The position numbers and the translations under genes were made by a program. 64,000 nt of DNA, taken from assembly GCA_010093605.1 (NCBI GenBank), contig MU004183.1, positions 124,001 through 188,000 of the forward strand. The letters are read 5' to 3'. The notes beneath the pieces are model-generated. The model was not told where the DNA came from and searched no databases. It saw nothing but the letters and a program-made list of their open reading frames with translations. Position 1 is the first letter of the stretch. Every line of letters starts with the position of its first letter. Shown here piece by piece: positions 24,901 to 36,104 of the stretch. The stretch comes from Lophium mytilinum (taxonomy: Eukaryota).

Positions 24901-26414
24901 CCAATGCCCAGATTTGAGGCACGTGCACAATGCCTTCCAGATCGCAATCACCGTGCTTGCTAAGTACCTGTTCCGAGTCGCGCTCACGGGTAGATTCGCG
25001 GGGGTAAACTGACTGCAGCAGGGTCATCGTAGGATAGAGAGAGCAGCTATTGGCGTTTTGATGAGCTTTACGTAGCTTCTGTATTTCGATGTTGAAGTAA
25101 GGGAAAGACACAAATGCCGCTGGATACTGACTACGACCCTCGATCGTCTTCCCAGCGTAAGCAAGCTCACTTCGCAGAGTAGTTCCTGGTGTGACGAATT
25201 TGCCGTACATATGTCTGCTTGTTCTCTCAGTCTCGACATGTTCGAGTAGACGCGTGGCAGTGATTCGGGTCTTATTGTCGATCTCTGGCGCCAGCAAGAC
25301 GTATTGCTAGATGACCCTTAGCCCTTTGTCGCAATTAAAGGGCACTGTATGTACCTTGAACTCATTCCAGTCCATGCAAGCCCTGTCAATATGACTAGTT
25401 ATCTGTCAGTATCAATTCGTGCTGAGTGATAGGTAGTGATACTAACAGCCATCGAAAATCAATCTTGTCGTCAATCTCACTGAGCGACTTGGCTGGACCC
25501 TTTCTACAGAACAACCGAAGGCCCTGACCAATGCTCCGATCCGAATCTACATTTATACTAGCTACAGACACCTCTAAGGTTTCTAGAACTGACTCGGTAG
25601 TCGTGGTCTTCGTTTGCGGCCAATGCCGGGTGAAGCCCTCATCCAGCTTAGAACCCGAGGGCACATCATCTTTGTCTTGTTCAGTGATGGGCATAGACAG
25701 CGGCTCACCATCCTGGCCTAGGGGGCTGCGAAAATCTTGCGCAGTCCGCTTTCGAAAATGTTTGAATGGACCGTCCTCATAAGCGGTTATAGAGGTGTGC
25801 ATAGTTAAGTCTAAAAACGCAGGACTGTCTGCTTCGGGCTCAACAGAAGAATCGGATTCACTCTCGAATTGCCATTCCTCGGCTAAGCTGTCGGAGGTAA
25901 CGCCATCTGAAGTTTCAGATGAAGAGCCAATAGGTTCGTTAAAGGAGCTGGCGACATTCGATCCTTCATTCGTAGCCGGAAGAGCGAGCATGGCCTCAAC
26001 GTCGGATCCTTTGGCTAGCAACAATCGACGGTGCAGACCAATAACATTGGATCTTGGATCCGGTTGAGAGGGTATGGGACTTTCGTCTGATGATGAGGCA
26101 CTGGCCTTGCGAGGAAGAGGGAAGCAGGAGTCTGAGCGGTAGTCGCGCGACTTTCGTGATTTGTTCCTGATGGTGCTACCGCAGCATTCAAAAATAGCCA
26201 TTAGCCTGGGAACATCTCCTTGGTGGGACCTGATGAAGTGGCCGCTCCGCCCTCCAATCTCCTGCTCAATGCTGGCGCTTGTAATCCATAGCACGCGTGC
26301 AACGATCTCCGTATCTTTGTCGTGCATCTTGAAAGTCCTTGTCTTTGGACGGTAACTCGCTGCTAGAAGCCCTTGTAAATTGTGAAAGATGATACAGACG
26401 TTGGAACACTGCAT
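21958..26414 (-). CDS. Multi-exon fungal protein with a C-terminal CorA-like two-TM domain (5' end uncertain)
   Basis: C-terminal HGKAILAFTAVTVIFLPLSFVTSFLGMNTLDIRNM..LFWASAIPLT carries the GMN motif. Upstream minus-strand exons (FVSFPYF, IVHVPQIWAL, FLLAWIL) are separated by GT-AG introns. A splice acceptor at ~26415 suggests further upstream exon(s). Confidence 0.7.
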
Positions 26415-27472
26415 CTAGAACTGGAGAGATTAGTATAGAAGTGTGCTATTCATTACAACACATTGAGCTGGCCAGAAAAGGTACAATGTAAGTACCCGTG
26501 CTGTCCTACCATCCTAAATGGGCCGGTATTGAGTGTCCGCTGAACAGGAAAGGGGGCACTACGACACTACCGAACCGCTGCCGTGTTGGTGTGACCGTAG
26601 ACGGGATTGCGCAGAAGGAATTTAATCATGCACGCACACGTGGTGCGGTCATAGTCCCGAAAATACAAGGGTTCTTCAACAGAACGGAGCTGTTGATGCA
26701 TATCGTGCAAAGGCTGATGAGATGGGCAATCCTAGACGTGAATGATAGTGCGCTTAGACATCTGTCACGTGATGTTAAACCACCACTCACGGATTCTCAT
26801 CTCTGGGATATCCTCATCAAACCACGGTTTATGGCTACGTAGGCAGTCCATACCACGTGCCTCTCGTGACCACCAAGCCAGCCCCAGATCTTTTCGAGTA
26901 TAAATACCTCTCTCCTCCCACGTCCTTACTTCTGCTCATGCAGAAGTGTGGAGGTGGAGTGGGCGGCAGGATCAAAACCCTCGAGAGCAGGTATTCAATG
27001 AGTCGAGCGAGAGTGGTTGCAAACGGACCTGCGCAAGCAATCGATGATCGGCGATCGTGGGTCGTGTCAGCTCGTACTTCCCGAAGATCCATGACTGTGG
27101 TCGCGGAATTGTTGGATCAACAAGGCTGAGGGAATTGGCATATGACTTGGGTGGCTTGGAGTGTTTTCAAATACCTGGGCTCACCAATCCGGTGGCGGGA
27201 ACTTGTGTCGTGGTGTTAAATGGGGCAGTTAGAGAGCTCGATGATCTGGGTACCCTGCGGTGTTTGGGGTTGGGGGACGTCGATATATGCGTTGGTCATT
27301 ACTAGAAGATGGTGATGACGTTTACCCGTAAACAGAGTTGTAGTCAAGTAGTGTAATACCCATAGGTAAGGGGCGCTTATCTTCGATGTCAAGCGGCAGC
27401 AGCCCGTCTAGGCTGCTAACTCTGTAGACCCCTAAGCGGACAGCTAACGGACTTGCCACTGTCTCTTGACCC

Positions 27473-27957
27473 TCAATATGTCAATCTCGATGGGGAATGC
27501 CCTACCTGCTCAGGCCGATCGCCGCCAAATCCCTCAATAAATCGTCGGTCAGTGCCCCACGTGAGCGTTTTACAGCGCTGGCGAGCAACGTCGCAGGCAC
27601 TGCTGTTGAGCCTTTCAAAGTTGTTAGCTTGATGTTCAGTCACAAGTTCTGCGAGGGAAAGTGGCTAGATAACGTTACATACAATTCGCCTCTTTTTTTG
27701 ACCCTGTAAACTTCATAGGCTATCGCGTGGAGGTCGACGACGGGATTTGTTTTGCAGCGAAGGTCGAGGACAATATGCATCTTGGAGGATTCGTTGGGGG
27801 CCATCAAATGGGAGTAGTAATCATCAAAAGGTTCAGAGCCGTATGATGCGAAAAACCGTTCAATGATAGCTACGTCCTCAAGCTCATGCTCAACACTAGA
27901 GCGATAAACAACTCGCTTTGGTGGGCTGTCAACCTCTAAAAGAGAGTTGCCTTCCAT
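27473..27957 (-). CDS. Small hypothetical protein (probable 1 intron)
   Basis: MEGNSLL...FDDYYSHLMAPNESSKMHIVLDLRCK...YEVYRVKKRGEL, a GTATGT intron, then LNSSACDVARQRCKTLTWGTDRR. Confidence 0.5.
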
Positions 27958-28749
27958 TGATGTTGCAGAGTCGTTTAGGCGGAGAGTATAGTGACTCGTG
28001 TTGGATGGAATCGTTTGTGATGTTCACGTAGAGAAGAGCACTGAAGCTCTACGAGATGATGAAGATGTCCCACACTGCTTAGTTAGCGGCGTTTCTCGCA
28101 CGAGCCGGTATTGGCGATCGCTTCGGTTGGAGGCACCGTCCTCGATGCAACCGTTACTTTTAGCTGCGGGAGATTCGAAGTATTTAGGAGTGGCTAACGT
28201 ACATGATTTATATAGAATAGGAGGTAATATCGACAAGTGCTCAAATTTCGAGCTGTTTGAAGTCAACATACATACAGACCTATTGCTCTCCTCGACATAA
28301 AGGGGTTCTCGCTACGCAGGGACGGGCATCAGTCTGGGAGGTCAAGTCACACTTCAACGACGATGCTCAGAGTCCAAAGAATCCATTATCCATGCTATGC
28401 CTCTGCTCCGGTCTTCGAACACCAACCCAGTTCCATCCCGAATTTTCTATCATGCACCAGTCAAGACACCTACACTACGATTACAGCCCATCATCCCAAA
28501 GGAAGCCGATGAACACGCACACACAAAGGGATAACCGCGCCCACCTGGGAAGCGGTTCCAGATTACAACGGTTTAGTTTATCCTTACTAAAACAACAATG
28601 CTGCCAGCCAGCAACACAACACACCAGAAACCCTTGCCTTTACGCCGATGCTGAGATGCATGTGTAGTCCATCATCCGGGTGATCCAAGGAGACGATAAG
28701 AAGAGAAAAAGGGAAAAAAACGAGACTTTTTGGTGTTTCAGGGAGTGGT

Positions 28750-30440
28750 TTAGCCGGAGTATAATGCTTCGACGAGATAGATGACGCCGAATACGAGGAA
28801 AGCGATTGCGCCGCCAAGGGTGACTGTTTACTAAGATTAGCAATAATCCTCCAATACATAATTGAGCAGGATATGAATTCGACTTACCGACTCTCATTGA
28901 GACTTTCCCCGCAATCGCACGTCCTCCTAGAACAGCCACTCCCGTACACACCGCATGCCCGCTGATTGCGCCACCTGTAACCCACCAATAGTCCTGTCCT
29001 GCAGCCATGGCAATAGTCGCGATCTGGCTGCGGTCGCCCCATTCGCCAAGGAAAGTCATTACGAACGTCTGCACCCACGCCGGGGAGAGAAGGAGAGAAA
29101 AGAGATTGGTTAAGCCGCTGGTGACTGCTGAGAAAGAAGAAGTATTCGGGGACCGTGAGCGAGAAGGAGAAGTGGACGGCGAACGAGCTGGAGCTGGGAG
29201 CCGCGACCCCGAACGCGAGCGTCGCGCGCGGCCGGCTTCGAGGACGTAGGGAGATATAGAGGAGCGGCGGCGGGAGTTTCGGCGTGCGGTTTGCTCCTTT
29301 TCTTCGAGCTCCATCTCAACCTCCTTCATTTCCTCGCCGACACCCTCTTCAGGTGACATGGCAAGACCCTCACGGAGCATCTTGGCCCCGAAAACGAGGA
29401 AGAGGATCGCGGCGGCGAAATTTGTGAAACGTTTGGGGAGCAGTGTCGGGACGGCGTGGCCGAGGACGGCGGAGAGGACAGTCATAGTGATGAGGGCAGC
29501 AAATGCGGCGGAGAAGACAAGGGCGCGCGGGTGACGCATTGCCATCAGGGCGGCGATAAGGAAGGTCTTGTCACCGACTTCGGAGAAGAGAATCATAGTA
29601 AGGGAGAGCAAGAACGAGTGTAATGGCTGGATGACGCCGCTGGGGTCTTCATCTTCGAATGAGGGGCCGTCAGTGGAGGGTTTCTTTGTGGGGATGTCGA
29701 GGGGGTCGTCATTGGAGGTGGGAGGGGCGGGATGAGGGATGTCATGGGGAGAGTCGGGGAGGTCGGTGGGTTTCTATGTAGATAGTATGGTTAGCTGGGT
29801 GTTGAGTAGTGAGAGGATTTGGCCGGCATACCTCAAATCCAACAGCGCCTGGTTTCTTTGTAGACGTCGGATCCGATGAAAGCTTGTCCTTGATCTTCTT
29901 CTTATCGTCGTGCGGCTGTGGAGGAGCCTCCTTTGGTGGATCAGGCTTCTTCTCGGCCTTCTCGCCCGTCCGCTCCTCCTCCTCTTTCCTCTCCCTCGTC
30001 TTTGCTGACACGCCATCTTTTGTGCCATCTGTGCCGTCCTTGGGTATAGCGCGGTTTTTATCATTCATCACGCCATCTTCCTCCTTTAGCTGGGCTACCT
30101 CTTCCTTTGTCAAGTCTTGTGTCTTCTTCTTGGGGTCTGGCAGCTTCGTGCCCACGGGCAAGAGGTCCTCGACCTCAGCGGGAGGCTTCTTCTGCTTTCC
30201 ATCCACGAAAGGGCCTGCGTGGGGCTTGCCGTCAAGCCCGTCCACTGGTGCATCTTCTGTGCCAATGTCTGGTTTTCCGGGTGATCCAGGCGCAATTGTC
30301 GGTATCGGGGCATACTCCTGCACCTTTGCGTCTCGGGCGACTTGCTTGCTATCAGAGTCCTTGGGAAGTGCTGACGCGAAGACCGGTAGTGTGGGGAGGA
30401 GAAGGAGAAGTAGAGGAGCTGGACGTCTTCGTAGTCTCAT
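28750..30440 (-). CDS. GDT1: GDT1/UPF0016 (TMEM165-family) Ca2+/Mn2+:H+ antiporter
   Basis: Signal peptide plus the twin family motifs SEVGDKTF and GEWGDRSQ. The last exon VTLGGAIAFLVFGVIYLVEALYSG follows an intron. Confidence 0.93.
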
Positions 30441-31175
30441 GGTGATGTAGGCGTATGTGAAAGGGGCGGTGGGTAGGTCAGAGACGACGTAAGCTCACGA
30501 GACCGGAGGGGGAGCGTGTCGCGGGAGGACTGAGAATTAAAGGAACTAGAAGAGCTTTCTTATGGTGAGAGAAGCCGGCAAAGAAGGTCGAATTAGAGTT
30601 ATGGAAAAGGAGTGTTGCGTTGAAGTCGTGGGTGATGCAGACGAGATCCCCAGAGGATTTTCAGATGTGAGGCGCAGGGGCGGCAGGGTACGAGGCTAGC
30701 GGAGCACCACACGGGCACGACGCGCAAGGGGCAACGAGGCGGAAAAGGAGGCTTCTGAATGTATTGTTTAGGTTGCTGGGCGGTGTGAAATGGAGAGAAG
30801 GGTGCAGGTTTGTGGTAATTGGGATTACTGCTGTTCAATTATTGCTGGTTGGTGATAGAGCTCTTTCGTTGAATCCACCTGCACACGTCGCCTCCCAGTT
30901 ATGCCAGGATTCAACTCGCCAAGAGATCCGGGGATTCTAGCCTGCTCTGCCTGGCCGGTTTGGCCGGTTTGGTGTGCCCGTTGATGCTTGCAGACACCTT
31001 TACCAGTGTTTTAGAGTTACACCAAAGGATTTTGGAGACTTCAAAAGTCACTATAGCATTATACTATCATGGGACTGACATACACCTTCTTTCAGATGAA
31101 ATAGGAAGCAGATTCGCCCAATTCTTCATGATGTATACTCGATAGGGCACTCCAAGCCGCATTCAGATCGTTTCG

Positions 31176-31184
31176 GTCACGTGA
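31176..31184 (+). promoter_or_regulatory. GTCACGTGA E-box ~180 bp upstream of the telobox-Myb gene
   Basis: Exact 9-mer, in the divergent promoter shared with GDT1. Confidence 0.4.
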
Positions 31185-31364
31185 AGTCGCTGTCCGCTCG
31201 GACTTTCCGTCCCATCTTATCCCGCGCACAAGCCCACAACAACAAACACTCCCAGCTTCATAACAACGCCCACCACCCCGTCGCATCAAGACTGCCTCTC
31301 TTACCACCAGGCGCATGCTTCCCCGTCGCCTACCCTCTTCGAGTCATCCTGAATAACCCTCCCA

Positions 31365-34278
31365 ATGGCCGACCGCAGGGCCGTCCGGGCATCAAGCCGG
31401 CGCAATACACCCACTCCACAACCTCCTTCGAAAGCGAATACCCCCACCGCTGCGCGCACCTCGACTCGCAATGCGACCAGAGCCACGAGAAGCCAGAGCC
31501 ACGAAGTCGAAACCCCCGCTGTTGCTCCAGCGCCCGCGACAAAGAATACTCGTAGAGGTGCCCGTCAAGCCAGCACCGAGAGTGTAGGGAGCACGGACAG
31601 TCGCGCTAGCCGGACGATTCGAGGTCTTAAAAAGCAACAGAAGAAAGTTCGGGCTCCGCCTGATAGAGGTGAGTGATCATTGCCTTCTCTCAGAGGTCAA
31701 AAACCGAGGGCTTCCTGAACCCATTCACTCTTTGTTCTCAGCGCCTCTCCGAAACTTGCACCTAGGGTTAGGGTTAGGGTTAGGGTTAGGGTTGTTCCAC
31801 TCCCTGCCATCAAAGCGTTCTAGTTGCGCATGTCTAAATATCTCTGCGCACCTCATTTCTACACCTCATTTCTAGAATACCTATTCAGACAACAGCCATC
31901 TCACTATTTGCTTGTATCAACCACACGCAGGAGCTGACAGACGCCGTGAACACAGATCTCACAACAGTCGAAGAAGACGAAGACGCGGAGCATGTTGTGG
32001 ATGTGATACCTGAACAAGAGGCACCCGGGACACCTCCGTTGCAAGATCAGATAAGCCAGCCACTTCCTCATCGGTCCCCCGGGGGATTCTCCAACATCTC
32101 AGGCACTACGGCGTACTCGTCTGCTTCAACAGCCGAGGCACAAGATCTAGAAGCAGGCATGATGCTGGCAGACCTGGAAGATCTCTACAACAACGCCGAG
32201 AGTTTCCTCAATGTGATGGCTCCCAAGGATGCTCGGACTCGCGATTTTGAGAAAGTTCTAAAGGACATGCGGATCCCTGGCTCGACGACAAGCAAAAGTT
32301 TCCTCAAGAGGAGCAAAGGGTTTAATGATTTCGTTGAAGCATTCAAAGGTGAAGACCGACATTATATTCTTCCACGAGCCGTGTCAAAGACCCTTTTCGG
32401 CTCACAGCAAGACTTGAACACCATACCTGGACGTCCGGATGCAGTTCTATACAAGGCCAATCTGGCGGTGCTCGCAAGGCGGCTTCTCACCGACCGTGGA
32501 ATTGAGGCAATCTGGAAAGACGTCCAGCAACTAGATCTCAGCTTCCCTGAACTCTTTCTATCTCGATTTAGTGACGAACTAAACGAGCGTGGCGACACGA
32601 GTACCCTTCTCGAGCAGACTTTCAAAGTGGCTTTGGAGATCCGTACTCAAGTAGCCATACTCGACCTTGCCCAAGAAGTGGATATGAGCGAGAGCTTTGA
32701 CCCGGACCGGGTACTCCAGACCGTATTCTTGAAAGGCTCGCTTTCAGACCAAGAGGATCAGGATTATCCCCCGTTTGTTCGTGGATGGAACGTGGGCGCA
32801 TTGGGTGCTGGCCTAGCCGAAATACCACAACCCTTCAAAGACGCCGTAGTCAGACGGATGGAGGAAATCCGGGCGTTTTTTGACCCAAACAGTCCTGCTG
32901 TTGATATCGATCCCCTTCGAGCCAAATATTCTTGGGACTCATTTTGTGTGCGTGTGCTTCAGTGGGTGCGTGACCGCAACCAGGAGATTGAAGCCTCCAT
33001 AGCTCATATCGGGATCAAGGGCCTGAAGAATCAGGTCGAAAGAAGTGTCAAGTCGGTCAATCCTGGTGCTGCTCCAGCTGAGATCACCGAAACTCCACGC
33101 GGGCCACGGATATCGAACATCTCAGCCCAGTCGAAAAAGTCGAGGAGGTCTTCCAGGGTTCATTTTACCAATCCTGACGCGTATGATTTTCTTCTCCGTG
33201 GGCCACAGGCCGAGAAACAGGCAAAGTCTAGGGAAACTGCTCTGAATCAGAAGACCGCGCCTACGGCACTAGGAGTAGATCAAGAGATCATCGAGGACGA
33301 TTGGCAAGCGGCTCCCATCGACGACGAGGAGCCGGAAGACCCACAAGAAGAGTCATCTACATCCCGCTTTCCACCTTCCACAAACGATCGGGTGGCGCGT
33401 CTTGCCCATGAAGAGCAGATACAGAAGGAGAACCAAAAGCAACGCTTCATCGACCCCCAGGCCAACCCAGAGCGTGTTACATTCGATGACGATATTGAGG
33501 CTACCCAGCCTACTCCGCGACCAAGCAGGAAGAGCAAAGGCAAGGCTCCCATCCGTGCCTCTACGACTTCTCCTGGACGTCCCTCTACCGTCGCTCCCAG
33601 GGCTCAAAAGAGAACCTACGCACAAACCGTCCAAGAGGATTCCGACGACGACGACGACGTTTTCCAACAAGACACCCGCCAACCTGACGTCTCCAAACGT
33701 CGCAAGGCCGGCCCCACAGCCAGTCGCCTCCGCTTCGAAGAGCCCATTGAAGTCCCTCCGAGCCATCAGCCCCAGCGGCGCTTCCCCGAAAACCGCAGCC
33801 GCAGCCGCAGCGTCCCAGTCCGCCCTGCCTCTGAAGACAGCGACTTCGAAAACGAAAACGAGGACGCTGCTCCGGTGTCTTCCAACTACCGACAAGTCCA
33901 GCAACAGGTGAAGCGCATGGCGCCTGCCTTCCCAGCCCGCCAGCAGCAGCGGCGCGCGCGAAACCCATGGACAGCGCGCGCGGAGGACCAGCTAGTGCAG
34001 TATATCGAGGAGTACGGGTGTCAGTGGGCTTATATCAGGAGGCTGGATGAGGCGGATACGCAGATGTTTCTGGATCGGACGGATGTAGATTTGAAGGATA
34101 AGGCAAGAAACATGAAGATTAATTATCTGAGGTCAGTGTACATCTACAGTCTTACTGGAGTGTGAGATGGGGATGCTAATTAGGAAACAGGTCCGGCACG
34201 GGTCTCCCGGAGAATTTCGACGGGATCACGATCTCGCAGTCTCTGGCGCGGCGGTATGGTCTAGTTGAGGATGCTTGA
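31365..34278 (+). CDS. Telomere-repeat-binding factor-like protein (TRF/Taz1/Tbf1-type C-terminal telobox Myb domain); exons 31365-31668, 31956-34131, 34191-34278
   Basis: C-terminal RNPWTARAEDQLVQYIEEYGCQWAYI...RTDVDLKDKARNMK..L / RSGTGLPENF, with LKDKARN as the telobox helix-3 signature. A helical N-terminal region may be a TRFH-like domain. Both introns are phase-consistent GT-AG with branch sites. Confidence 0.8.
31762..31793 (+). repeat. Interstitial telomeric tract CTAGGG(TTAGGG)4TT inside intron 1 of the telobox gene
   Basis: Read directly: cctagggttagggttagggttagggttagggttg. Confidence 0.97.
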
Positions 34279-34708
34279 AGGGCGACTGGGACTTGTCTGG
34301 GTTTTTAGGCGTTATTATCGAGCTGATGTTGGGTGGCGTGGATGGTGGGCTGGTACTTGGGTGGGGAATTGTGATTTATTGATACCCTGTGGGCTCCTAT
34401 AAGTGGATTTCGGCGTTCCGACTTTTCTATATACTCAGTTCGTTGTATGAGACCTCGTTCAACTACTTCAGACGTTTGGCTTCTGCATCTTCTGCTTTAA
34501 TTAGTCGACTTTGTCTCGCTTGTAGGCTACAAGTTCTCTGCGTTTTCCCCCTTCTCCATATCTCTCTGCTAGTCATGTCGTTTGATCACCTGCTTTCCTC
34601 CCCGTTCTCCACTAATGCGCATCGCGACGAATGACTCACCGGGCATCTACGTGCAAACAAACAACTACAGCCTGTACACTGCGTTGTCACCCTTTTTGTT
34701 AAATTCGT

Positions 34709-35425
34709 TTCTACGCGGTCAGATCTGTAACTCTTTCTACTGTTTCCACTATTCCTAACCGATCAGGCCTACCCTCTGAGGGCACCCGACTTCGTAGTCA
34801 CATCACCTACTTTCACTGCAAGTCTTCACAGTTTCAACCGCGTAGAACGGATGTTAGGAGACGCAGCGTAGCACACTTTGTAGTACGCTTCGTGCTTCTC
34901 TTCCCAGCAGGACGATCTCTTCTACGTGGTCAGATTTGTAACTCATGAAACTCTTTTTAGCCGCGGAGGCCTGCCCTCCCGGGGTGACCCTTTCCCTAGT
35001 CACATCACCCCTTTTAAGTGCAAGTCCTTACAGATCCAACCGCGTGCAACACTTTTCATGAGCCTCAACGGGCCTATGCTTCGTGAGCCTCTTCGTAGCA
35101 AGACTATCTCTCCCACGCGGTTAGATCTGTAACTCTTTCCACTCTATCTAGCCGCAGAGGCCTATCCTCCTAGAATGGCCCCTTTCCTAGTCATATCACC
35201 CCCTTTTATTGCAAGTTTTCACAGATCGAACCGCGCAGAATAGGATTTGTAAGAGGCGACGTGCCTACGCTCCACACCCCTCTTCAAAGCAAGATTATCT
35301 CTTCGGCGCAGTGAGAACTGTAACTCTTTCTACTTTTACTAGCCGTGGAGGTCTACCCTCCAAGGCTGACCCACTTCAGTTACATCATCCGGCTTAACTG
35401 TAAGTCCTTACAGAATCAACCGCGT
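34709..35425. repeat. Tandem array B: 4 units (~191-211 bp), each an ~120-130 bp inverted-repeat-bounded MITE-like module plus spacer
   Basis: ACGCGGTYAGATCTGTAACTC-like starts at 34713, 34924, 35115 and 35306. Complementary TTACAGATCYAACCGCGT-like ends at ~34843, 35045, 35235 and 35425. Confidence 0.88.
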
Positions 35426-36104
35426 GAAAGAATCTTATTAGAAACGGCGTGCACGACGTAGGACGCTTTGTGCTCCTCTCCATGCTCCTCTTTATACTGG
35501 GACTACGGGGGTTAGTATCAGTCAGAGTAGAAAGACGTCAACGAGCCCCCACTTCATCGACCTGCCTGCGGTTCATTTAGAGCTGCATAAAGTGGAGCCG
35601 GTCCGTACGATTCGCGGTCGTTTTTGGCATACTATGGGAAGAAAGTAAGAATTAGGCTAGGATTGAAGGGATTCGATAGACGTCCTGAATTAGGAGGTGG
35701 ATATGAAGTAAAGTTGCTACTGTTAAGATGTAAGAAGTGGAGCTAGTCCTAACCCTGATTCTTAGAGGCTGGTTCACAACGTCCAGCCATAACATGGCAA
35801 GAAGGTGTGTAGATCGCACCAACTGGCTTCTGTTAGCACATCCATAGTGCTGGATTGACGGATTCCCGTAGTCTGATTCGCGGTGGCGTAGACGTCCCAA
35901 ATTCTACGACCTAATATTGCTAAAACGTTCCCCTGGTGATTTGCCTAGTCTGACTTCAGAATCTAACCCGTTCACACGCCTCACTACTACAGAACTTCTC
36001 CTCTCTTCCCACTCGTATAATCCCCTCAACAGCACTCATCAACTTCACTGATACCAAAAGGACTCTGTAATACTCAGCTTATCCAATTCAAATTTATCTA
36101 CTAT

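Noticed and set aside
31762..31793. Chromosome end, assembly join or telomerase RNA template
   Set aside because: The tract is only 32 bp and lies inside a phase-consistent intron of an intact gene. It is longer than a template region and has no supporting telomerase RNA context.
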